DNA of 64,000 nucleotides from positions 96,001 through 160,000 of the forward strand of contig CAWKDB010000004.1 of the NCBI GenBank assembly GCA_963848295.1, read 5' to 3'. The notes below the pieces were generated by a model that worked only from the letters and a program-made list of their open reading frames with translations, was not told where the DNA came from and did no database searches. The stretch comes from an uncultured delta proteobacterium. Its GTDB lineage: Bacteria > Myxococcota_A > Polyangia > Haliangiales > Haliangiaceae. Position numbers and translations under genes: made by a program. Positions 54,290 to 63,657 of the stretch are shown one piece after another. Numbering within the stretch: position 1 is the first letter of the stretch; the number at the start of each line of letters is the position of its first letter.

Positions 54290-55141
54290 ATGGGGAAACT
54301 GCTGATCGTGATGTCGTTGTCGCTTGGAGCTGTCGCCGCGTGCGGACCGTCGTCGCGCGACGGCACGAGCCCGGACGCCGATACCCACGCGATCGATGCG
54401 CCGGGCGACGCGCCTGCCGGTGGTTACAACGTCTACGCGCATAGCGACGGCGTGCTCTATACGATCGACTTGCAAACCAAGGCGCTCGTCACGGTCGGCA
54501 ACTTCAACGCGCCTCCGCCGACGGGTAGCACGACACCCGACGTCATCACCGATCTCGCCGTCGCGCCGGACGGCACGATCTACGTCAACTCGGAGACGGC
54601 CCTCTACACCGCGAGCGCGATGGACGGCCACGTCACGCTCGTCGGCTCGCTCTCGACGTGCGGCACGAAAGCGGTTGCGCTCACCACCACGTCCGACGGT
54701 CGGCTGTGGATGGGCGACTACATGGGCGCGATCTGCCAGATCGACATCACGGTGTCGCCGCCGACGGTCGGCGCACCCGTGACGATGAGCAACGGCATGG
54801 CGCTCGCCGGCGACATGGTCGGCGTCGACGACGGCACCGTGTTCGGCACCGCGTACAGCCTGAATACGTCGTCGACCCAGAACGACAACTCGCTCGTCAA
54901 GATCGATGTCGCGACCGGAACCGTCACGATGATCGGCGCGAGCGGCTATCCGAAGCTGTTCGGCGTGTCGTTCGCGAACAATCAAGTGTTCGGGTTCACT
55001 CACGACGGCACCGGACGGGTCGTCACGATCGATACCGCGACGGGGGTCGGGACGATGTTCGGAACGTTCATGGACCCGATGACGAACAAGGGCATCTCGT
55101 TTGCGGGCGCCGGTGTTAACTCGCTCGTCGTGATCGAGTAG
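54290..55141 (+). CDS. Beta-propeller-like lipoprotein, hypothetical
   Basis: VAAC; repeated LYTID / ITDLAV / LVKIDVATG blade-like segments. Confidence 0.7.
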   Translation: MGKLLIVMSLSLGAVAACGPSSRDGTSPDADTHAIDAPGDAPAGGYNVYAHSDGVLYTIDLQTKALVTVGNFNAPPPTGSTTPDVITDLAVAPDGTIYVNSETALYTASAMDGHVTLVGSLSTCGTKAVALTTTSDGRLWMGDYMGAICQIDITVSPPTVGAPVTMSNGMALAGDMVGVDDGTVFGTAYSLNTSSTQNDNSLVKIDVATGTVTMIGASGYPKLFGVSFANNQVFGFTHDGTGRVVTIDTATGVGTMFGTFMDPMTNKGISFAGAGVNSLVVIE

Positions 55142-55158
55142 CTTCTGTCCTAGAAGCA

Positions 55159-55794
55159 ATGCGAACCCGGCGCGCGCTCGCGCTCATCGTCTGTGCTGGT
55201 TGCGCGGCCGCGACCTCGGCGAACGTCGACGCCGTGCATCGGTTGCGCGACGGCGCTACCGACACCGGTTCTGCCGGCAACGACGGCCCGCTCGGGAGCT
55301 GCGCGATGCCGTTCACCGGCGTGGTCGCGACCTGGGACTTGACCGCGCAGCCGGGCAACCAGGCCTCGACCCCGGCGTCGGCGACCGCGCCGGGCGGCAT
55401 GGCCGGAGACATCACGCGCGCGCCCGGTCTCGTCGCGATGACCGGCGCCGGGTCGATCAACTCGAACAGCTGGCCGACCGCCGCGACGCTCGATCTGACC
55501 GCGTACTACACGATCTCGGTGACACCGCCGAGCGGCTGTACGTTGTCGCTGACCGCGGCGGCGCTCGATGCCAAGGCGAGCGGCACCGGGCCGAAGTCGT
55601 GCGCGGTCGCGACGAGCGATGACAACTTCACCCAGACCGCGACCTGCTCGACGTCGGCGCCGAGCGTGCCCGTGCTCTCGGTCAGCGGCGCGAACGGCGC
55701 GGTCGAGGTCCGGATCTACGGCTACGCGGCGATGAGCGCCGCCGGCACGCTGCGCGTCGAGAACACGCTGTCGTTGTCCGGCAGCTTCGACTGA
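55159..55794 (+). CDS. Secreted beta-rich hypothetical lipoprotein
   Basis: CAGC; YYTISVTP, SGTGP, VEVRIYGY. Confidence 0.65.
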   Translation: MRTRRALALIVCAGCAAATSANVDAVHRLRDGATDTGSAGNDGPLGSCAMPFTGVVATWDLTAQPGNQASTPASATAPGGMAGDITRAPGLVAMTGAGSINSNSWPTAATLDLTAYYTISVTPPSGCTLSLTAAALDAKASGTGPKSCAVATSDDNFTQTATCSTSAPSVPVLSVSGANGAVEVRIYGYAAMSAAGTLRVENTLSLSGSFD

Positions 55795-55848
55795 CTCGCT
55801 GCTCCCGGCGCTGCTCGCACTCTATCGACGACTTGCTATGGTGCCGTC

Positions 55849-56934
55849 ATGGCGACCAGCACCGGCTTGCGGCACGAGCGCGTCGTCGCATCCGCGCAGT
55901 TTCACGACGGTGCGTTTCACAACCCGGGCGGGATGCGCGAAGGCGTGCAGGGCGGAGCGCTGCCGATGCTCGGCGAGTGGTTCTTCGGCGGCCAGCAGCG
56001 CCGCCCGCCCGCGCCGTTGCCGCTCGAGCGCCCGCACGAGATCTGGGCGAAGCGTCCCGACACCGGCTTTCGCGCGACCTGGCTCGGCCACTCGACCGTG
56101 CTGCTCGAGCTCGATGGTCGGCGCGTGCTCACGGACCCGGTGTTCGGCAAGCGCGTCTCGCCGATCAGCTTCATGGGGCCGCGGCGGTTTCATCCCGTCC
56201 CGGCCGAGCTCGCCGAGCTGCCGCCGATCGATGTCGTATTGCTATCGCACGATCACCTCGATCATCTGTGTCGCGCGACGATGACCGCGCTCGCGAAGAC
56301 CGGCGTTCCGGTCGTGACCGCGCTCGGCGTCGGCGCGCACCTCGAGCACTACGGCTTCGCGCCCGAGCAGATCACCGAGCTCGATTGGCACGAGTCGACG
56401 CGCGTCGGCGGGATCGACTTCATCGCGACTCCAGCCCAGCACTTCTCCGGCCGTACGCTGACCGGCCGCAACAAGACGCTGTGGGCGTCGTGGGTGATCC
56501 GCTCCGAGCGGCGCAGCGTGTTCTTCTCGGGCGACACCGGCCTGACCCCGCAGTTTGTCGAGACCGGCAAGCACTACGGGCCCTTCGATCTCGTGATGCT
56601 CGAGATCGGCGCCTATCACCCGGCGTGGGGCACGATCCACCTCGGACCGGCCAATGCACTCGAAGCGTTTGCGATGCTCGGCGGCGGCACGCTGTTGCCG
56701 GTGCACTGGGGCACGTTCTCGCTCGGGTTCCATGCGTGGGATGCTCCGGGCGAAGAGCTGATCGCGCTCGCTCCCCAGCGCGGTGCGCGGATCATCACGC
56801 CGAAGCTCGGCGCCGCGTTCGAGCCCGAGCATGTCGCCGGTCCGAGCCCGTGGTGGCGCGAGGTTCCCGGCTGGCATCCGGCCGAGCCCGAGCCCGAGCC
56901 CGTTCAAGCGTCGACGGGTTCGTCGGGCAGCTGA
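55849..56934 (+). CDS. MBL-fold hydrolase (RomA/NAPE-PLD-like)
   Basis: TWLGHST, LTDPVF, SHDHLDHL, PAQHFSGR, SGDTG, EIGAY, PVHWGTF. Confidence 0.92.
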   Translation: MATSTGLRHERVVASAQFHDGAFHNPGGMREGVQGGALPMLGEWFFGGQQRRPPAPLPLERPHEIWAKRPDTGFRATWLGHSTVLLELDGRRVLTDPVFGKRVSPISFMGPRRFHPVPAELAELPPIDVVLLSHDHLDHLCRATMTALAKTGVPVVTALGVGAHLEHYGFAPEQITELDWHESTRVGGIDFIATPAQHFSGRTLTGRNKTLWASWVIRSERRSVFFSGDTGLTPQFVETGKHYGPFDLVMLEIGAYHPAWGTIHLGPANALEAFAMLGGGTLLPVHWGTFSLGFHAWDAPGEELIALAPQRGARIITPKLGAAFEPEHVAGPSPWWREVPGWHPAEPEPEPVQASTGSSGS

Positions 56935-57326
56935 TCGACATCGTCGGCGTGACGCGGGAAGTGCGCCGCGAGCTGCGCGCCGATCATCTCGATGCCCTGC
57001 ACGATCCCGCCGGTGAGATCACGCGCGCGAAACCGCTCGCCGATCGCCGCCGCCGCGGCATCCCAGAACGCCTGGCCGACCTTCGCGTGGATCGCGTCGT
57101 CACCGAGCACGACGAACCGCCGCCGGCGCGGACACACGAACAGCAACACGCCGTTGCGGTCGCGCGTGTGACCGATCCCGAGCTTCGCGAACGCGAAGTC
57201 CGCGGCCTTGTCGACACTGCCCCAGAACCACGGTGCGATCGACACGACGATCTCGCCGGAGGTCGAGCGCTCGGCCGCGAGGACCGCCGCCTTGACCGCG
57301 GCGCGATCGATCGAGCGAGGGCTCAC
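56904..57326 (-). CDS. TPM-domain protein
   Basis: AERSTSGEIVV, TRDRNGVL, GDDAIH, QLPD. Confidence 0.88.
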   Translation of the reverse strand: MSPRSIDRAAVKAAVLAAERSTSGEIVVSIAPWFWGSVDKAADFAFAKLGIGHTRDRNGVLLFVCPRRRRFVVLGDDAIHAKVGQAFWDAAAAAIGERFRARDLTGGIVQGIEMIGAQLAAHFPRHADDVDQLPDEPVDA

Positions 57327-58078
57327 CACGATCCGCTCGCTCCGCCGCCGCCGGATCGGCCACCGCCGCCCGAGAACCCGCCGCCACCACCGCCGCCCGA
57401 GTAGCCACCGCCCCCGCCGCCGCGGCCGAGCGACGAGATGACGTTCCACAGCAGGAACCACGCCATGCGCGGGTGTGTGATCGCGAGCGCGAGCAACAAC
57501 ACGCCGATGATCCCGCCGATGATCAGCGTGCCGAGGCCGACACCATCGCTCTCGTGCGGAGGTCCATCGCGCACCCGCTCGGCGTGGCCGTCGGGCACCG
57601 AGTCGAGTCGCTTCGTGATCTGGTCGATCGCGGCATTCAGGCCGGCGGCCGGGTGACCGGCCTGGAGCGCCGGCGCGAGCTGCTCGCGAATGATCCGCGA
57701 TGCATAGATATCGGGCAGGCGGTCTTCGACGCCGTAGCCGACTTCGATCCGCGCGAGGTGATCGCTCGCGAACAGGAACAGCGCGACGCCGTTATCGATC
57801 TTCTTCTCGCCGATGCCCCACGACGTGAACGCGCGCACCGACCAGTCTTCGATCGGCTCGCCGTCGAGCGTCGTGCCGATCCAGACGATGACTTGACGCC
57901 CGGTCGCGTGCTCGTACGCCTCGAGCCGCGCGTCGAGCTGATCGCGTTCCGCGGCCGAGAGCAAGCCGGCGTTATCGGTCACCCAACGCGTCGGCTTGGG
58001 CGGAACCGGAGGCGCTTTCGCGACGGCGACCGCGGTGAGCCCGACGAGCAGCGCGAGCGCGAGCGCGATGCCACGCAT
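57323..58078 (-). CDS. TPM-domain membrane protein (YgcG-like)
   Basis: VTDNAGLL, WGIG....DNGV, RIEVGYG, tail GGGGRSGGGGASGSW. Confidence 0.92.
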   Translation of the reverse strand: MRGIALALALLVGLTAVAVAKAPPVPPKPTRWVTDNAGLLSAAERDQLDARLEAYEHATGRQVIVWIGTTLDGEPIEDWSVRAFTSWGIGEKKIDNGVALFLFASDHLARIEVGYGVEDRLPDIYASRIIREQLAPALQAGHPAAGLNAAIDQITKRLDSVPDGHAERVRDGPPHESDGVGLGTLIIGGIIGVLLLALAITHPRMAWFLLWNVISSLGRGGGGGGYSGGGGGGGFSGGGGRSGGGGASGSW

Positions 58079-58084
58079 GTGGCC

Positions 58085-58684
58085 TTAGAACTGCACCACG
58101 GGCACGTTCTCGGCGCCGGCCTTCGCGGAGAAGAACGCCTTGTCGTTGAACTTGGCGCCGAAGAATCCGGCGAGCATGTTCGTCGGGAAGCTGTTGCGCG
58201 CGGTGTTGAAGCCCTGCGCCGCCTCGTTGAACCTCATGCGCGCGACGCGGATGCGGTTGTCGATGCCGGATAATTGCGCCTGCAGGTCGGTGAACGCGCC
58301 GATCGATTTGAGCTCGGGGTACTGCTCGGCGACGGCCATGAGCCGCGACAGCGACGTTCCGAGGTTCGCCTGCGCTGCCTCGAACGCCTTGAGCTTCGCC
58401 GGATCGCTGAGATCGTCGGCCGACAGCTTGATGCTCGTAGCTTGCGACCGCGCCTCGATCACCTTCGTCAGCGTGTCTTGCTCGAAGCTCGACGCCTTCT
58501 TGACGATCGCGATCGCGTTGTTCGTCTGATCGGCGCGGCTCTGATAGTTGTTCTCGACCTCGGCCCAGGCGGATTGCACATCCTGATCGAGCCCGATCAA
58601 CTTATTGTACGTGTGAGCGCAAGACCCTCCGATGATCAGCGCGAGCAGAACGACCCCACCGAGGACGAACCATTTTGTCTGCAT
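58085..58684 (-). CDS. lemA: LemA family protein
   Basis: YN.L......V..AW.EVENNYQ.R, EQYPELK, NRIRVAR, FP. Confidence 0.92.
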   Translation of the reverse strand: MQTKWFVLGGVVLLALIIGGSCAHTYNKLIGLDQDVQSAWAEVENNYQSRADQTNNAIAIVKKASSFEQDTLTKVIEARSQATSIKLSADDLSDPAKLKAFEAAQANLGTSLSRLMAVAEQYPELKSIGAFTDLQAQLSGIDNRIRVARMRFNEAAQGFNTARNSFPTNMLAGFFGAKFNDKAFFSAKAGAENVPVVQF

Positions 58685-58811
58685 GAGTGCCCAGTAACAT
58701 GGTCATGAACTGGCCGTGCACAAGCTGACCGCGATTTCGTCCGGCCTCACCGCGACTTCTGGGTCGCCGGCGATTGGTGGCCTCGCCGCGTAACGGCGGT
58801 AAAGTGCCAGT

Positions 58812-59522
58812 ATGTCAGCCAACCCAGCGCTGCGCGTCGATGTTTGGTCCGACATCGCCTGCCCGTGGTGTTACGTCGGCAAGCGCCACCTCGAGCAAGC
58901 GCTGGCGAGATTTCGGCACGCCGGCGACGTCCGCATCGTGTGGCGCGCGTTCGAGCTCGATCCGAAGGCGCCACGCGTCTCGGATTCGAAGGTGCCGCAC
59001 CTCGAGCGGATCGCGCGCAAGTACGGTATCTCGATCGCGCAGGCCCAGGAAAATCGCGACCGCCTCGTCGAGATCGGCGCGCGCGACGGCCTCGAGCTCG
59101 ACTTCGACAAGCTGCGGTCGGGCAACACGTTCGACGCGCACCGCCTGCTTCACCTGGCGCACGAACGCGGGGTGCAAGACGCGCTGAAGGAGCGGCTGAT
59201 GCACGCGTACTTCACCGAAGGGCGTACCGTCGGTGATCGCGGCGAGCTGCTCGAGCTCGCGGTCGAGGTCGGGCTCGGCGCCGACGAGGTGACCACCGTG
59301 CTCGAGACCGACAAGTACGCCGCCGAGGTGCGCGGCGATGAAGCGCTCGCCGAACAGCTCGGGATCTCGGGCGTGCCGTTCTTCGTGATGGCCGGCAAGC
59401 TCGGAGTCTCGGGAGCTCAGCCCGCCACCGTACTCCTGCAAGCGCTCGAGCAAGCGTGGGGCGAGGTCGCACCGGCGGCGATCGCCGAGGGCGCGGTGTG
59501 CGGCCCCGACGGCTGCGCTTGA
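58812..59522 (+). CDS. DsbA-family oxidoreductase (FrnE-like)
   Basis: WSDIACPWCYVG, NTFDAHRL, GVPFF, SGAQ, C-terminal CGPDGC. Confidence 0.93.
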   Translation: MSANPALRVDVWSDIACPWCYVGKRHLEQALARFRHAGDVRIVWRAFELDPKAPRVSDSKVPHLERIARKYGISIAQAQENRDRLVEIGARDGLELDFDKLRSGNTFDAHRLLHLAHERGVQDALKERLMHAYFTEGRTVGDRGELLELAVEVGLGADEVTTVLETDKYAAEVRGDEALAEQLGISGVPFFVMAGKLGVSGAQPATVLLQALEQAWGEVAPAAIAEGAVCGPDGCA

Positions 59523-59592
59523 GTTAGCCGCGCCGCCGCGGCGCTCGCCACGCGAGGCGCGTGCAAGGTGATCGCCTCGGCGGCGGCTGCGC

Positions 59593-60123
59593 TCAGAGAC
59601 TACTATCGAGGAACTTGAACGAGCAGGTGCCCCAGTTCATCGCGTCGGGATGCGAGGTCACGGTGAGCACGCCGAACTTCAGCTTGAACAGCGGGCACTG
59701 ATCGTCGGACTTGCCCTTCGCATCGAACCGCACGACGACCCTCTTGATCGCCTTGACCTTCGCGATCCGCGCGGGATCCGGCTTGGCGTCGGTCAGGCAG
59801 TGCTGCATCAGCGAGCCGAACACCTCTTCGATCCCGGCATTCGCCGCCATCACGTGCTCCATGTTGTTGCGAATGAACGCATCCGCGACCGCGGCCGCCG
59901 GCGCATAGCCGCAGAAGTCGGCGGACTGCATCGTGTGGAAGAAGTGCAGATCGTCGGCGACGACGCTGCCCTTGCACTTCGCACCGGTCGGATCGGTTTC
60001 GGCAAAGCAGGCCTTGAGCGCGGTCGAGGCCGCGCGGACCTTGTCGGATGACACCGGAGCATCCGCAGCGCTCATCGAGGTGAGGGTGCCCAGGACAGCG
60101 AGGACGCAAAGACAGCGGATCAT
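59593..60123 (-). CDS. Secreted hypothetical protein
   Basis: Signal peptide; several Cys; high-GC3 reading frame. Confidence 0.65.
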   Translation of the reverse strand: MIRCLCVLAVLGTLTSMSAADAPVSSDKVRAASTALKACFAETDPTGAKCKGSVVADDLHFFHTMQSADFCGYAPAAAVADAFIRNNMEHVMAANAGIEEVFGSLMQHCLTDAKPDPARIAKVKAIKRVVVRFDAKGKSDDQCPLFKLKFGVLTVTSHPDAMNWGTCSFKFLDSSL

Positions 60124-60142
60124 AGGCCGCGCAGTCTACCCC

Positions 60143-61174
60143 CTACGGTTGCATCCCGTCGACCAGCCGCGTGCGCCTCTGCCAGTCTTCCATCCAGCCC
60201 GGATACTCGGGCGGCAGGGCGCTGACCGCGTCGAGCTTCGCGAGGTCGTCGGCATCGAGCTTGATCTGAGTCGCGCCCAGGTTGTCGGCGAGTTGCTCGT
60301 CGGTGCGCGCGCCGATGATCACCGAGGTCACGCCCGGTTTGTGGAGCAAGTACGCCAGCGCGATCCGAGCGATCGAGGCATCGTGCTTCGCCGCGATCGG
60401 CCGCATCGCCTCGACGCACGCGAACGCGCGTGGCTTGTCGACGATCGGGAAGTCGAACGACGCGCGCCTGGACTCGGCGGGGGCCTTGCCGTCGGTGAAC
60501 TTGCCGGACAGCAAGCCGCCCGCGAGCGGCGACCACGGCATGATGCCGAGGCCTTCGTCGAGCGCCAGCGGCACGATCTCGCGTTCGATGTCGCGCGATG
60601 CGATCGTGTAGAACATCTGCGCCGACACGAACCTCGCCTTGCCGGCGCGGTCCGCGAGTCCGAGCATCTTCGTCGCGCGCCACGCCGGGAGGTTGCAGAA
60701 CCCGACGTAGCGGGCCTTGCCGGATCGCACGACCGTGTCGAGCGCGTCGATCGTCTCGTCCATCGGCGTGACCGGGTCGACACCGTGAATCTGGTAGAGG
60801 TCGACGTGATCGAGCTTGAGCCGGCGCAAGCTACCGTCGATCGAGTCGAGGATGTGCTTGCGCGATTGCCCGGCCGCGTTCGGCGCCTTGCCGGTCCGGC
60901 CGTGGACCTTCGTCGCGATCACGAGCTCGTCGCGTGGTGCCGCGAGCTTCGCGATCGCGTCGCCGAGCAACTTCTCGCTCTCGCCCTCGTGATAGACGTC
61001 CGCGGTGTCGAAGAAGTTGATGCCAGCGGCGAGCGCTTTCTTGAGTTGACCGGTGACGGCGTCGATGCCGAGCTTGCCGATGACCTCCCAGAAGCCTTTG
61101 CCTCCGTAGGTCATCGTCCCGAGGCAGAGCTCCGATACGTACAGGCCGGTGCGGCCGAGGCGGTTGTATTTCAT
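60143..61174 (-). CDS. Aldo/keto reductase
   Basis: LGRTGLYVSELCLGTM, FFDTADVY, IATKV, DLYQIH, WSPLAGGLL. Confidence 0.95.
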   Translation of the reverse strand: MKYNRLGRTGLYVSELCLGTMTYGGKGFWEVIGKLGIDAVTGQLKKALAAGINFFDTADVYHEGESEKLLGDAIAKLAAPRDELVIATKVHGRTGKAPNAAGQSRKHILDSIDGSLRRLKLDHVDLYQIHGVDPVTPMDETIDALDTVVRSGKARYVGFCNLPAWRATKMLGLADRAGKARFVSAQMFYTIASRDIEREIVPLALDEGLGIMPWSPLAGGLLSGKFTDGKAPAESRRASFDFPIVDKPRAFACVEAMRPIAAKHDASIARIALAYLLHKPGVTSVIIGARTDEQLADNLGATQIKLDADDLAKLDAVSALPPEYPGWMEDWQRRTRLVDGMQP

Positions 61175-61240
61175 GGCTTCGGGCTTGCCATGAAACGCGC
61201 GGGCTGGCGACGGGAGTGCCCAGCGGAAGCGACGGTCGGG

Positions 61241-61720
61241 CTAGAACACGACGGCGATCGTCTCGGTCGAGGCGGCGCCGCAATCGGTGCCGGCGAGCGC
61301 TTGCACGGTCTGCAGCACGTCGAGCGTACCGTGGGCGGGATCGATCGCGCTGAGCGAGAGCGAGAAGCTGCCGGTCGGCGTCGACTGATCGCCGGCGCTG
61401 TAGACGCACGCGCCATCGCCGATCGAGCGGGCGCCGATCGCATGCCAGCTCGGGACGGTCTCCGACGAGTAGTTGCCGGCCGGTGGGTTCGCGCCGAGGT
61501 CGAGCTCGATCATCACCTGCGCGCCCAGCAGCGGCGAGTCGATCGCGAAGTCGAGGCTGTCTCCGAGCGTCGGACAGTTGTCGGCGGACAGCGTCGACTC
61601 GGCGAAGTTGCCTGCGAACGTCACCGGGCATGCGCCGCCGCACACCGCCGCATCGGCGCAGGTCGGCATCGTGTTGTCGCCGCAAGCGGCGAGGACGAGG
61701 AGTAGGCCGAGCCACTTCAT
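61241..61720 (-). CDS. Small Cys-containing lipoprotein, unknown; paralog of 45604-46080
   Basis: LAAC-GDN; shared motifs with paralog; overlaps stop of the diheme gene. Confidence 0.8.
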   Translation of the reverse strand: MKWLGLLLVLAACGDNTMPTCADAAVCGGACPVTFAGNFAESTLSADNCPTLGDSLDFAIDSPLLGAQVMIELDLGANPPAGNYSSETVPSWHAIGARSIGDGACVYSAGDQSTPTGSFSLSLSAIDPAHGTLDVLQTVQALAGTDCGAASTETIAVVF

Positions 61721-63657
61721 AGCGATCTCAGGTACTCGACGAGCGCATCCTCGTCGTCGGCCGAGAGCGACGAGATGTCGCCCATCGTGCCGCGCGTCTG
61801 CTCGAGCACGTCGTGCAGCGTCGGCGCGCTCCCATCGTGGAGGTACGGCGGTGTGGCTGCGATGCCGGTCAGCGACGGCGTGTCGAACATGCACGCCGCG
61901 CGCGGGTCGCCGAGGATGTCGTCGTGGGCGACGTCGGGGTACGACCCGGTATTGCACGTGCCGACGTCGTGCAGGACGATCGAGCCGGTCAGATCGAGTG
62001 TCGGGTTGCCGCCACCCGAGTCGGTGAACCGCGGACCGCTGTGACAGTTGGCGCAGCCGACATCCGGGCGCATGAAGATCGTCTGGCCACGGGCGACCTT
62101 CGCCGGATCCGTCGTCGGTGGCCTCGGTGCGGGAATCGCGAAGTTGACGTACGCGGTGATCGCGTCGAGCTCGGTCGCCTGCGCGATCGGATCGAACGAC
62201 CCGCCTTGCTCGACGTTGATCGTGCGGTAGTAGTCCTGGACCGCGTTGCGATCGGCGGTGCGAAACAGGAAGCCGGTGCCGAGCATGCCGCCCGCGTTCG
62301 TCGGCGTGTCGCGTGGACCTTGCGCGAAGTCCCACGTCACGGCATCGCTGCGACCTTCCATGTGGCAGCTCGCACACGCGACCCAGTGGTTCTGCGTCAC
62401 CGGATATTGATCGCTGTTCGCCGAATAGAACAGCTGTTGGCCGAACCGCAACGACGCCGGCATCGGATCGCTCGCGATGCGCGAGATCGGTGCGCCATCG
62501 GCGGTCAACGTGATCCCGGTCGCGGTGTGCGCGATCGCGACGACCGCGATGTCGCCGGTGTTGCGCTCGTCGACGTATGCGGTCGAGTCATCCGGCGAGA
62601 TCACGATGCCTTCGGGCATGTGTCCGGGGAGCGGACGACCGAGCGCGGCTTCGACCCGGCCGACGCCGTCGATCGCGAGCACGTCTTCGCTGTTCTCGTC
62701 GGCGACCAGCGCGAGCGAGCCGTCGTGGGTCCAGGCGATCGCGTGCGGTCCCGAAACGACGTCGGCGAACGAGCCGTCGATCCCCGGGACGTCGAGCGCA
62801 TCGATCGACAGCGTCGTCTCGAACGCGCCGGCGCCGGCCGAGATCACCGAGACCGACGGGAACACCGTACTCTCGAAGTCGAGCGCCGGTTGCGGGGTGT
62901 CGATGCCGAGCAGGACGTGCGTGACCCACAGCTCGTCGGTGCCGGGCCGCGCCGCGACGTCGTACAACCCGCGCGGCACACCGTGAGCGAGCCGCTGATC
63001 GCCCCGCGGCGCGGTCGCCGGGATCGCCAGCGTCGCGCGAGTGGTGAGCGTGTCGGGATCGAGCGCGATGACGCCGCCGCCCGCGAATTGCGTGACGAGC
63101 AGCGAGCCATCGGTGGGGGACCAGCCGAGCGCCCACGGTGCGGCCGGGACCGTGCCGGTCGCGATGACTTGAAGATCCGCGGCGTCGACCTTCACGACGG
63201 TGTAGTCCTGCGACGACGCGACATAGATCGCGCTGCCGTCGGCCGCGACCGTCACCCCGACCGGTTCGCTGCCGACCGCGACCGACAGGATCGCGTGGCT
63301 CCCGAGATCGATCGCGTACAGCAGCCCGGAGCGTTGCCCGGTGACGTACAGCGTCGCGCCGTCGCTCGACAGCGCGAGCGCGCGCGGCATGACCGCGGGT
63401 GCGAAGTTGCCGCTGCCGTCGGCGGTCGGCGCTGGCCCGAGCGGGATCTCCGCGGTCGCGGTCCGCGACGCGGTGTCGACCACCGAGACCGAGTCGCTGT
63501 CGGCGTTGACGACGTAGAGCGTCGCGCCATCGCTCGACAGCGCGATCGAGCTCGAGTGCGCGACCGATCCGGGCGGTCCGCCGGTCGCATCGGGCGGCGC
63601 CGGCTTCGAGTAGCAAGCGGCGAGTGACAGCGCGGCTAACAGGGCGTGCTTCGTCAT
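61717..63657 (-). CDS. Lipoprotein: YncE/YVTN-type beta-propeller + compact diheme cytochrome c (bCcP/MauG superfamily-like)
   Basis: LAAC; LYVVNADSDSVSVVD, VAVGSEP repeats; CASCH (62362-62376), GPRDTP, CANCH (62041-62055), FDTPSL....PYLHDGSA. Confidence 0.88.
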   Translation of the reverse strand: MTKHALLAALSLAACYSKPAPPDATGGPPGSVAHSSSIALSSDGATLYVVNADSDSVSVVDTASRTATAEIPLGPAPTADGSGNFAPAVMPRALALSSDGATLYVTGQRSGLLYAIDLGSHAILSVAVGSEPVGVTVAADGSAIYVASSQDYTVVKVDAADLQVIATGTVPAAPWALGWSPTDGSLLVTQFAGGGVIALDPDTLTTRATLAIPATAPRGDQRLAHGVPRGLYDVAARPGTDELWVTHVLLGIDTPQPALDFESTVFPSVSVISAGAGAFETTLSIDALDVPGIDGSFADVVSGPHAIAWTHDGSLALVADENSEDVLAIDGVGRVEAALGRPLPGHMPEGIVISPDDSTAYVDERNTGDIAVVAIAHTATGITLTADGAPISRIASDPMPASLRFGQQLFYSANSDQYPVTQNHWVACASCHMEGRSDAVTWDFAQGPRDTPTNAGGMLGTGFLFRTADRNAVQDYYRTINVEQGGSFDPIAQATELDAITAYVNFAIPAPRPPTTDPAKVARGQTIFMRPDVGCANCHSGPRFTDSGGGNPTLDLTGSIVLHDVGTCNTGSYPDVAHDDILGDPRAACMFDTPSLTGIAATPPYLHDGSAPTLHDVLEQTRGTMGDISSLSADDEDALVEYLRSL

